55,666 bases of DNA, taken from contig CAVAPG010000001.1 of NCBI GenBank assembly GCA_963590435.1, positions 1-55,666 of the forward strand, written 5' to 3'. The translations under genes and the position numbers were made by a program. Origin of the DNA: a bacterium. GTDB taxonomy: Bacteria; Bacillota; Clostridia; Oscillospirales; Oscillospiraceae. Shown piece by piece: positions 1 through 7,780 of the stretch (its first letter is position 1; each line of letters begins with the position of its first letter). The notes beneath the pieces were generated by a model. It was not told the DNA's origin, searched no databases, and saw nothing but the letters and a program-made list of their open reading frames with translations.

Positions 1-240
1 AAGCGGCTGGGCGACTGGTTATTCCACGCTGAGAACAGTCATATTCCCGAGTTCAAAGCCTGCATCAGGGCCATGCACAACTGGTCAGAATACATTCTCA
101 ACGGCTTCGATGTTCCCTACACAAACGGCTTCACAGAGGGCTGCAACAACAAGACCAAGGTTCTCAAACGCGTCTGCTTCGGCGTCAGAAACTTCGAAAC
201 ATTCAGAAACAGAATACTGCATTGCGCTTCATCTTACTGA
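1..240 (+). CDS. ISL3-family transposase, C-terminal 79 aa only (gene starts upstream of the window)
   Basis: Frame 1 is open from base 1 to TGA 238-240. The translation ...PYTNGFTEGCNNKTKVLKRVCFGVRNFETFRNRILH fits the conserved ISL3 transposase C-terminal signature (TNGxxEGxNNKxKxxKRxxxGxRNFxxFRxRIL). Confidence 0.8.
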   Translation, partial: KRLGDWLFHAENSHIPEFKACIRAMHNWSEYILNGFDVPYTNGFTEGCNNKTKVLKRVCFGVRNFETFRNRILHCASSY

Positions 241-326
241 CAAATGAGAGAGTGAGGCGCGCCTCACTCTCTCATTACTTCGATTTTCTTTATTTTTGCT
301 CTACCCCAACTATTGACACAGAGCCC
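1..326 (+). mobile_element. 3' portion of an ISL3-family insertion sequence, including a post-ORF palindrome and a putative right terminal inverted repeat
   Basis: The transposase stop is followed by a perfect palindrome atgagagagtgaggc/gcctcactctctcat (244-275). The reverse complement of 301-326 reads GGGCTCTGTGTCAATAGTTGGGGTAG, which resembles the GGCTCTT-type ISL3 terminal repeat. A foreign ORF on the opposite strand loses its native reading frame exactly here. Confidence 0.6.
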
Positions 327-415
327 TTTTTGACTGCACGGATAGCAATCTTTGCTGCCTCGTCAGCACCGGCCTCATCAAGTATGCCGAGAATCATATC
401 CCAAAGCTGTTCCAT
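290..415 (-). pseudogene. Small ORF with a strong RBS, apparently truncated by the IS insertion (native part about 327-415)
   Basis: ATG at 415-413 is preceded by AGGAGG (rc of 423-428) at 7-nt spacing. It encodes MEQLWDMILGILDEAGADEAAKIAIRAVKK, then crosses the putative IS end at ~326 and stops after 11 IS-encoded codons (TAA 292-290). Confidence 0.4.
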
Positions 416-548
416 TTTTGCGCCTCCTTATGTGTTACACTCCGCGGGCGGCGTTCAATGCAGCTGCTCAATTGAACTTTTCGTCCGTCAATGTATATTA
501 CAAAGTGCAAATGTTAGAAAAGAATTAAACTTTTTTCTCATATTTGTC

Positions 549-1343
549 TTATTTTTTCCGACTTAGCCTGTGCTCGCGTATGCGTTCGAACGCCGAGCGG
601 TATTCGTTCTGGCGCAGTCTTGGGAAAGCCGCAAGCAGATGGCTGTGGACGATGTTATGCTCTTCAAGCAGCGCTTTGAGCCGTGCGCGAAGCTGTTCGG
701 CCTCCGCGCGGCGCTCCTGAACCTTAAGCGTGCCGTCCGTAAGTCCGTCACCGATGCCGTAAGACAGCTTTTCGAGTGCCTCGGCAACATCATCGATGGC
801 GTGCATGTGCGCGTCGAGCTTGAGAGCATTGAAGCCCGTTATGCTGAGGTCGGAAAGGAACATTGCCGAAAGGATTATCAGCAGAATATGACCGTGCGTG
901 CGCGGTATTGCCTCGATTATATACACAAGCTTCAGAGCCATCGGGTGGAAGATATACAGAATGCAGATGCAGCCCACGCCCCAAAGAAGTGAAAACTTAA
1001 GGCAGACATAGCCGCCTATATTAAACGCATTGTCGCTGTAGTCCCAAAGTCGGGTGTGCATGAATTTCTCAGCCGCCCAGCCGACAATCAGCTCGAAAAC
1101 CGAGCATATAACAACACTGCCGACATAAACGAGGAAAACATTATCCTTTATCGGCGAAAGGATTAAGATTACCGCCACAAGTCCGTAGCCGTAGATTGGA
1201 CATATCGGTCCGATGAGAAAGCCGCGGTTAATAAAAATGCCCTTGTTCGCCGCGTGAAAGATAACCTCAACACACCAGCCGGCAAAGCCGTAGATGAAAA
1301 ACAGCCATAACAGCTGCGCGAAGCTGTAGCTCAATACAATCAT
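549..1343 (-). CDS. Polytopic membrane protein (CmpB/DUF1113-like 'putative ABC-transporter type IV' family) with a C-terminal charged helical tail
   Basis: 264-aa ORF with several hydrophobic helices. The N-terminus FIYGFAGWCVEVIFH...GPICPIYGYG is typical of that family. Confidence 0.6.
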   Translation of the reverse strand: MIVLSYSFAQLLWLFFIYGFAGWCVEVIFHAANKGIFINRGFLIGPICPIYGYGLVAVILILSPIKDNVFLVYVGSVVICSVFELIVGWAAEKFMHTRLWDYSDNAFNIGGYVCLKFSLLWGVGCICILYIFHPMALKLVYIIEAIPRTHGHILLIILSAMFLSDLSITGFNALKLDAHMHAIDDVAEALEKLSYGIGDGLTDGTLKVQERRAEAEQLRARLKALLEEHNIVHSHLLAAFPRLRQNEYRSAFERIREHRLSRKK

Positions 1344-1473
1344 TCCTTTTTAATAAAAATCAAATTTTTGAAAATAATAACATCATACGCCGAAATTTTT
1401 GCACCGTATAAGAACAAACATGAGGCGCCATATGCAACGCCTCAACGTGTTTTGTTATTTAATTGCTGTTTTT

Positions 1474-2121
1474 CTATTTATTAAGCAGCTGCTCAAACTC
1501 ATCTGCCGTGCCCGAGGCTGTGAATAATCCGTCGCCGAGGTCGGCATGGACGGTCTGGCCGTCTGCATCGATATAGATGAAAACCGTCTCTCCGTCCGGC
1601 AGTATGACCGTGTAGCTCGGCTCGCCGTCCGAATACGCCTGCGTATCGGCTTCATCGCGTGACGACGGCTCAAGCAGAGCCTTCAGTCGGAGCACATCGT
1701 CATCATCGGAAAGCGTAATCTCCGATGCATCATACACTGCTGACGGCACGGATTGTTCATATGTTCCGCCCAAGAGCATTTCATCCTCACTGCTGTCATC
1801 GGCAGGTGTGAAAATTCCGCTTTTCGCCCCGGCAAATATCACAAGGGCAAGGCATGCCGCGGCAGAGAGGGCTTTTAGCCAAACAATGCCGGCCTTTTTC
1901 TTCGGCTTTGCTTTTATGCCGGACATGATTTTTTCATGCAGGCCGTCCGGCAGAGGCTCTGTCCGACGCATTTGCTCCGAAACAGTGCAAAAAGCTTCAT
2001 AAACCCGGCGGCATTCGGGGCAGTCGGCAATATGCTCACGCACGAGTCTCTCCTGCTGCTCACTCAGCTCGTCGTCTATCATGCAGCTGATAAGCTCCCT
2101 GCACTCATCGCAGTTTATCAT
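1474..2121 (-). CDS. Anti-sigma factor (zf-HC2 N-terminal domain, one TM helix, extracytoplasmic C-terminal domain)
   Basis: CDECRELISCMIDDELSEQQERLVREHIADCPECRRV carries the H-x3-C-x2-C zinc motif. TM segment IVWLKALSAAACLALVIFAG. 4-nt overlap with the upstream ECF sigma gene. Confidence 0.8.
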   Translation of the reverse strand: MINCDECRELISCMIDDELSEQQERLVREHIADCPECRRVYEAFCTVSEQMRRTEPLPDGLHEKIMSGIKAKPKKKAGIVWLKALSAAACLALVIFAGAKSGIFTPADDSSEDEMLLGGTYEQSVPSAVYDASEITLSDDDDVLRLKALLEPSSRDEADTQAYSDGEPSYTVILPDGETVFIYIDADGQTVHADLGDGLFTASGTADEFEQLLNK

Positions 2122-2744
2122 ACTTTGCCGCCTCCCTTCGAATATTTTGACGAAATTTCATCCGGAATGTTCCCGTCCTTGATCAAAAAGGCGCACAGAT
2201 TTTTGCGCGCCCTGAAAATTCTCGACTTCACTGTCCCCTCATCGAGGGAAAGTGCCTTTTCTATCTCGGCATAGCTCAGACCTCCGAGCTCTCGCATGAC
2301 GAGTATCTGCCGCTGCTTATCCGGCAGACGCCGCAGTCCGTCGTTGAGCGACTGCATACTGAGCTTTTTCATAAGCTGCTGTTCGGGGTCATCTGCAGGA
2401 TCGGGAATTTCAAGCTGTTGCTCGGCACTGTCATCATCGGCATCCGTAACCGTCAGCGATACCTGCGGTCTGCGGCTTTTCGAGCGCAGGAAATCAAGGC
2501 AGACATTCGTTGTTATCCTGTAGAGCCATGTCGAAAATTTGCTGTCGCTTTTAAACGATGGCAAGCTATTATAGGCCTTGATAAATGCCTCCTGGGTCAT
2601 GTCCGCAGCGTCGTCCTCGCTGCCCGTCATGCGCAGGGCTATGTTATAGACCGTTTTTTCGTGCCTGAGCACAAGCTCCTCGAAGGCGTTTGCATCGCCG
2701 CCGAGAACTTTTCGGATAATTTCGTTTTCGGAAAGATTGTTCAT
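2118..2744 (-). CDS. ECF-type RNA polymerase sigma-70 family factor
   Basis: 208 aa. Region 2 (FEELVLRHEKTVYNIALRMTG..DAADMTQEAFIKAY) and region 4 (RQILVMRELGGLSYAEIEKALSLDEGTVKSRIFRARKNL) are recognisable. Confidence 0.85.
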   Translation of the reverse strand: MNNLSENEIIRKVLGGDANAFEELVLRHEKTVYNIALRMTGSEDDAADMTQEAFIKAYNSLPSFKSDSKFSTWLYRITTNVCLDFLRSKSRRPQVSLTVTDADDDSAEQQLEIPDPADDPEQQLMKKLSMQSLNDGLRRLPDKQRQILVMRELGGLSYAEIEKALSLDEGTVKSRIFRARKNLCAFLIKDGNIPDEISSKYSKGGGKV

Positions 2745-3712
2745 ACCAGATCTCTCTTTATTCCCGATATTATTTTTTCAAGCTCTTCAAGCGTTTCAAC
2801 CTTCACGAGGAGCTGCTTGTAATATCCCGCGTACGCCACGCCCTTGAGATACCACGGTATCTGATGGCGCGCCTCAAGGCAGGCAAGACGCTCGCCGAAC
2901 TGCTTGGCGTACATTTTCGTGTGACGGAATGCAAGCTCCATTCTCTCGGCAAGAGGAGGCTTTTCGGGAAGCTCGGCGCCCTCGATGTATGCATTTGCCT
3001 CGCGTATCAGCCACGGGTCGCCGAATATGCCGCGGCCTATCATGGCAAGATCACAGCCCGTGTAGCGCAGAATATGCTCGGCGTCCTGCGCGGAAAAGAC
3101 ATCTCCGTTTGCGATTACGGGAATCGAAACCGCACTTTTCACATCGCGTATAATATCCCAGTCGGCACGGCCGGAATACATCTGTGCGCGCGTTCTGCCG
3201 TGAACGGCTACGGCGGAGGCACCTGCCTGCTCCATAACGCGGGCAAACTCAACGGCGTTTACGCTTCCGCCGTCAAAGCCCTTGCGAAACTTCACCGTGA
3301 CGGGGACGTCAACCGTGGAAACGACTGCCTGCACTATCTTTCCTGCAAGCTCGGGATCGCGCATGAGCGCGGAACCGTCGCCGCTTTTGACAATCTTGCC
3401 GACGGGGCAGCCCATGTTTATATCCAGAATATCCGCGCCGGAATACTCAATCGCCATCGGTGCGGCCTGCGCCATAACATCCGGCTCGTGCCCGAATATC
3501 TGCGCGGCAAACGGGCGGCAGTCGGGCTGATTATACAGAAGACTTTTCGTTTTTTTATCGCCGTAGCAAAGCGCCTTCGCGCTGACCATTTCGGTCGTCG
3601 TCAGCGCCGCGCCCATCTCGGAGCATATTGCGCGGAAGGCAAAATCCGTAACGCCTGCCATAGGTGCGAGGGTCACGCGCCCGCTCAGCTCAACATTTCC
3701 TATCTTCACCAT
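2741..3712 (-). CDS. dusB: tRNA-dihydrouridine synthase
   Basis: 323 aa. LAPMAGVTDFAFR, DINMGCP and TVKFRKG...VAVHGRTR motifs of the Dus family. Confidence 0.9.
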   Translation of the reverse strand: MVKIGNVELSGRVTLAPMAGVTDFAFRAICSEMGAALTTTEMVSAKALCYGDKKTKSLLYNQPDCRPFAAQIFGHEPDVMAQAAPMAIEYSGADILDINMGCPVGKIVKSGDGSALMRDPELAGKIVQAVVSTVDVPVTVKFRKGFDGGSVNAVEFARVMEQAGASAVAVHGRTRAQMYSGRADWDIIRDVKSAVSIPVIANGDVFSAQDAEHILRYTGCDLAMIGRGIFGDPWLIREANAYIEGAELPEKPPLAERMELAFRHTKMYAKQFGERLACLEARHQIPWYLKGVAYAGYYKQLLVKVETLEELEKIISGIKRDLV

Positions 3713-4455
3713 AATATATCCAGCCCCACCGGACAGTGGTCCGAGCCGTATATCTCGGGCAGTATGTATGCGTCTTTTATGTTATCGCGCAGTCTTTCGG
3801 AGACGACAAAATAGTCAATACGCCAGCCGACGTTGCGCTCACGCGCCGCGGCACGGTAGCTCCACCATGAATAGGCATCGCGCTTGTCGGGATACAGCGT
3901 GCGGAAGCTGTCGATAAATCCGGCATCGAGAAGCTCTGTGAATTTGCCGCGCTCTTCATCGGAGAAGCCGGGGTTAAAATGGTTTGTATCCGGATTTTTA
4001 AGATCTATCTCCTCGTGGGCGACGTTCATATCGCCGCAGACTATAACGGGCTTGAGCTTGTCCAGCTCAACAAGATACTCACGGAAGTCATCCTCCCAGC
4101 TCATGCGATAGTCAATGCGCTTGAGCGAATCCTGCGAATTGGGTGTGTAAACACAGACAAGGAAAAACTCCTCATATTCAAGCGTCACAGCCCTGCCCTC
4201 TGTCTCGTGACCCGGTATATTATGCCGGACGCTCAGCGGCGTGTGCTTTGTGAATATCGCAGTGCCGGAATATCCCTTGCGCTCGGCATAGCTCCAGTAG
4301 CTCTCGTATCCGGGCAGATCAAGCTCAATCTGCCCCTGCTGAAGCTTCGTCTCCTGCAGGCAGAAGAAATCGGCGTCCAGTGCAGTGAATATATCCTCGA
4401 AGCCTTTTTTTACAACGGCGCGCAGGCCGTTTACATTCCAGCTTATAAATCTCAT
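3706..4455 (-). CDS. xth: Exodeoxyribonuclease III (AP endonuclease)
   Basis: 249 aa. MRFISWNVNGLRA...FFCLQETK...GDMNVAHEEIDL...GSDHCPV are classic EEP/ExoIII motifs. Confidence 0.9.
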   Translation of the reverse strand: MRFISWNVNGLRAVVKKGFEDIFTALDADFFCLQETKLQQGQIELDLPGYESYWSYAERKGYSGTAIFTKHTPLSVRHNIPGHETEGRAVTLEYEEFFLVCVYTPNSQDSLKRIDYRMSWEDDFREYLVELDKLKPVIVCGDMNVAHEEIDLKNPDTNHFNPGFSDEERGKFTELLDAGFIDSFRTLYPDKRDAYSWWSYRAAARERNVGWRIDYFVVSERLRDNIKDAYILPEIYGSDHCPVGLDILW

Positions 4456-5165
4456 TTATTAAGCCCCCTTGCATCGGACAGTGCCGCGTCGCGCAGCCTG
4501 GGTACCTGACCTGAGCTGCCGTTTTTGGTGCCTTCGTTCTTTATGGCGACAAGGCGGTTTATCTTAACACCCATCTCTCGGAATTTGCATTCGTAATCGG
4601 TCATGACTCCGCCTTCGCCGTCGGCGTGCAGATCGTTCGTCACATCACAGATCTCCCAGCCCTCGCTTTTTATCTGCTCAAGCGACCAGTTAAAAAGCGG
4701 CAGATTATCCGTCTTGAAGCATATTCTGCCTCCAATCGGCAGAATGTCGGCATAGATACGCAGGAAATTCGGGGATGTGAGTCTGTGTTTTGCGTCGCGG
4801 CTTTTCGGCCACGGGTCGCAGAAGTTAATGAATATACGCTCGACCTCATCCGGTGCGAACACCTCGCGCAGTCCGAGCGCGTCCATAGACACGAAGCGGA
4901 CATTATCCGTCTCTGCCTCGACCGTGCGCTCCATTGCAATCACCATTGCGTCCTCGACCTTCTCCAGGGCAATAAGCTCTGCCTCTGGATGCTCCTGTGC
5001 CGTGCCGACGGTGAAACGGCCTTTTCCGCAGCCTATCTCAAGCCACAGAGTCTTATCCGGATAATGCTCATGCCAGTGTCCGCGCAGGGCGGACGGCTGC
5101 TTTATCAAAACTGCAGCGCATTTTTCCATACGCGGCTGCAGATTGGGTTTCTTTCTCATTCGCAT
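4452..5165 (-). CDS. trmB: tRNA (guanine-N7)-methyltransferase
   Basis: EIGCGKGRF...FINFCDPWPK motifs. The listed ORF begins at a TTG (5192). I prefer ATG 5165-5163 with GGAGG 11 nt upstream, but the start is uncertain. Confidence 0.8.
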   Translation of the reverse strand: MRMRKKPNLQPRMEKCAAVLIKQPSALRGHWHEHYPDKTLWLEIGCGKGRFTVGTAQEHPEAELIALEKVEDAMVIAMERTVEAETDNVRFVSMDALGLREVFAPDEVERIFINFCDPWPKSRDAKHRLTSPNFLRIYADILPIGGRICFKTDNLPLFNWSLEQIKSEGWEICDVTNDLHADGEGGVMTDYECKFREMGVKINRLVAIKNEGTKNGSSGQVPRLRDAALSDARGLNK

Positions 5166-5293
5166 AATGCTGTCAACCTCCGATTCAATCAAGCCTTAAC
5201 ATATCATATATTCGACAAAACATCAATGCGAAAAAATTTGCAAAATTTTTCGCAATCGCGTCTGAAATCGAACATTTTATGGCATTTAACCAC

Positions 5294-5329
5294 TTGAAAT
5301 GGCAAAATCGTTGTGATATAATTCATTAA
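5294..5329 (+). promoter_or_regulatory. Sigma-70 promoter of rex overlapped by an imperfect Rex-box
   Basis: TTGAAA (5294-5299), 17-nt spacer, TG-extended TATAAT (5314-5322). TTGTGATATAATTCATTA (5311-5328) matches the Rex operator TTGTGAA-N4-TTCACAA at 12 of 14 half-site positions. Confidence 0.5.
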
Positions 5330-5372
5330 TCAAATTATTAACCAATTCCCCGCGCGTTAAGGAGAGTCATAT

Positions 5373-6044
5373 ATGAAGCGAGTTAAAGTATCAAATAACG
5401 TCATCCGCCGTATGCCCAGATATCTGAGAAAGCTCGATGAGCTTGACGAGGCAGGCGTGACGCGTATATCGTCCGGTGAGCTCGGTCAGCAGCTCGGTCT
5501 TACCCCTTCGCAGATCCGTCAGGATTTCAGCTGCTTCGGTGAGTTCGGCCAGCAGGGCTACGGATATAAAGTCACAGCTCTTCGTCAGGAGATTGCAAGC
5601 ATCCTCGGCATGGACAGAGGCTATAAGGCAATCATCATCGGCGTCGGCAATATCGGCCAGGCACTCATGTGCAACTTCTCATTCAAGGCCTGGGGCTTTG
5701 ATCTGATGGCTGCATTCGATGTCAAGCAGTCTCTTGTCGGAACGGAATATCAGGGTGTCACGATTCACGACATGTCCTCTCTGCCGCAGTATCTTGAAGA
5801 CAACAAGATTGACGCCGCCGTTCTGTGTGTCCCCAAGGCTCACGCCGTTGAGACCACCAAGCTCCTCACCGATCACGGCATAAACGCTATCTGGAACTTC
5901 ACGAATGTTGAGCTTACATCTCCGGAGAGCAGCACTATTGTTGAGAACATTCACTTCTCCGATTCTCTGCTGTCGCTGAGCTACTACATCTCTGAGGATA
6001 ACGACGAAAAGGCCGCAAGAGCCGCAAGACTGAATCGCCAATAA
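5373..6044 (+). CDS. rex: Redox-sensing transcriptional repressor Rex
   Basis: 223 aa. RRMPRYLRKL..., QIRQDFSCFGEFGQQGYGYKV and the Rossmann motif IIIGVGNIGQAL. Confidence 0.9.
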   Translation: MKRVKVSNNVIRRMPRYLRKLDELDEAGVTRISSGELGQQLGLTPSQIRQDFSCFGEFGQQGYGYKVTALRQEIASILGMDRGYKAIIIGVGNIGQALMCNFSFKAWGFDLMAAFDVKQSLVGTEYQGVTIHDMSSLPQYLEDNKIDAAVLCVPKAHAVETTKLLTDHGINAIWNFTNVELTSPESSTIVENIHFSDSLLSLSYYISEDNDEKAARAARLNRQ

Positions 6045-6050
6045 AACGAC

Positions 6051-6089
6051 ACATAAAAGGCGGGGCTTTTAAAGCCCCGCCTTTTATGT
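6051..6089. terminator. Rho-independent (bidirectional-looking) terminator after rex
   Basis: cataaaaggcggggc-ttttaaa-gccccgccttttatg: a 15-bp stem with A/T runs on both sides. Confidence 0.8.
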
Positions 6090-6277
6090 GCATCAAAAAT
6101 GTCTATGACATTTTTGATTGCTTCAATCTGATTTCGAGTGGGGCCTTTGCCCCCTCGAGCTCCCCTGCTGCGCGGTTGTCTTCCCTCATCAGCGCAGAGG
6201 CTTAGAAATTCTGAAAAACGAGGTTTCAACGCCCCGCCTTTTTATTCCACACTTATTTACACACCGGAGGATAGATT

Positions 6278-7636
6278 ATGTCAGACACAATAGCCGCTGT
6301 ATCAACCGGATCGCAGATCTGCGCGATTGGCATCGTGCGCTTGTCGGGAGATGCCGCAGTAGATATCGCCGATAAGCTCTTTGAGCCGCTTCGCGGCAAG
6401 CCGGTCGCCGAGCGTGAGGACAGAAAGCTCATATACGGTAATCTTCATGACGAGCAGGGCAGAATACTGGATATATGCCTATGCACGATAAGCCGTGCAC
6501 CCAACAGCTACACCGGCGAAAACACGGCCGAATTTCAATGCCACGGCTCGCCCGTGGTTCTCAGGGCCGTCCTCGAAGCGGCGTTTGCGCTCGGTGCAAG
6601 GCAGGCCCTCGCAGGAGAATTCACCAAAAGAGCATTTCTCAACGGACGCATGGATCTGTCGAGTGCGGAGGCCGTTGCCGATATCATAGACGCCGAAACC
6701 GCGGAGGCCGCGCGCAACGCCGCAGGTCAGCTCGGCGGTGCGATTGCAAAGCGCATCGATGCCGTGTACGACACGCTCACGAATATAAGCTCGCATTATC
6801 ATGCCGTTCTTGACTATCCCGATGAGGACATCGAGGATTTCACCCTTGCTCAGTACGAAGCGGATATTGCTTCCTGCACACAGACGCTTGAGAAGCTTCG
6901 TGCAAGCTATGACAGCGGCAGAGTTATGCACTCGGGCGTTCCTGCGGCGATTATAGGCCGCCCCAACGCCGGAAAAAGCTCACTGCTCAACGCCGTTCTG
7001 GGCTATGACCGCGCCATAGTGACGGATATACCCGGCACGACACGCGACACCATTGAGGAAAAGCTGAAGCTCGGCGGCGTTCTGCTTCGCCTGACCGATA
7101 CCGCCGGCATACGTGAAACCGATGACGAGATTGAACGCCTCGGCGTTGACCGCTCGCGCCGCGCAATGGAGCAGGCCGAGCTTGTTCTTGCCGTGATTGA
7201 CGGAAGTCGTGAAATGAGCGATGAGGACAGAGAGCTTATAAAATGCGCTGAGGATGCGCCGCACGGAATCGTTGTAATCTCAAAGCACGACCTCGGCAGT
7301 GCATTTGAAGCTCCCGAAACGGCGCTTCCCGTTGTCGAGATAAGCTCCCTGACCGGTGAAGGGCTTGATAAGCTTGAGAACACGGTGCGTGCACTGTTTC
7401 CGATGCCGACTGTCCCTGCCGGCGAGATACTCACAAATGCCCGTCAGTTTGATGCCGTTTCGCGCGCGCTTGAGTCGATGAAGGCCGCAGCGGATGCCAT
7501 GCATGCCGGATGCACGCCCGATATAGTTCTGACAGAAACGGAAACCGCCATGTCGGCTCTCGGCGAGCTGACCGGAAAAACCGTCCGCGAGGAGATCACG
7601 AACCGCATCTTCTCCCGATTCTGCGTCGGAAAATAG
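6278..7636 (+). CDS. mnmE: tRNA uridine-5-carboxymethylaminomethyl modification GTPase
   Basis: 452 aa. DTIAAVST N-terminus, G1 GRPNAGKSSLLN, DTAGIR and the C-terminal FCVGK tail. Confidence 0.9.
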   Translation: MSDTIAAVSTGSQICAIGIVRLSGDAAVDIADKLFEPLRGKPVAEREDRKLIYGNLHDEQGRILDICLCTISRAPNSYTGENTAEFQCHGSPVVLRAVLEAAFALGARQALAGEFTKRAFLNGRMDLSSAEAVADIIDAETAEAARNAAGQLGGAIAKRIDAVYDTLTNISSHYHAVLDYPDEDIEDFTLAQYEADIASCTQTLEKLRASYDSGRVMHSGVPAAIIGRPNAGKSSLLNAVLGYDRAIVTDIPGTTRDTIEEKLKLGGVLLRLTDTAGIRETDDEIERLGVDRSRRAMEQAELVLAVIDGSREMSDEDRELIKCAEDAPHGIVVISKHDLGSAFEAPETALPVVEISSLTGEGLDKLENTVRALFPMPTVPAGEILTNARQFDAVSRALESMKAAADAMHAGCTPDIVLTETETAMSALGELTGKTVREEITNRIFSRFCVGK

Positions 7637-7687
7637 AAAAAATCCGCATTGTCTGTGAGCCCGATGTTAAGATGCCGGGCGGAGCGG

Positions 7688-7715
7688 TTGACATTTGGAA
7701 ATAAAACACTATAAT
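7688..7715 (+). promoter_or_regulatory. Sigma-70 promoter for the CBS-DHH pyrophosphatase gene
   Basis: TTGACA (7688-7693), 16-nt spacer, TATAAT (7710-7715). Confidence 0.6.
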
Positions 7716-7780
7716 TGTGTGGCGCTCGGAATGAGGGGCACAGGAGCTGTGCAGACCTCGGGCGCAGGGGGAATTTTCGG

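Noticed and set aside
222-566. 114-aa plus-strand ORF.
   Set aside because: It spans the IS terminal region, the putative IS boundary and the promoter/RBS of an opposite-strand gene. It has no RBS and no motif.
2864-3814. 316-aa ORF on the plus strand.
   Set aside because: It lies entirely antisense to the well-supported dusB gene. It has Arg/Ala/Gly-rich, low-information composition typical of shadow ORFs in GC-rich coding DNA, and no RBS.
7715-7780. N-terminal extensions given in the ORF track for several genes (7715, 9682, 10824, 12903, 15835, 38947-39831, 44139, 21666, 23475, 5192, 48033).
   Set aside because: The extensions overlap upstream genes or promoters, or they begin at non-ATG codons. 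Internal ATGs with proper RBS spacing coincide with the conserved protein N-termini.
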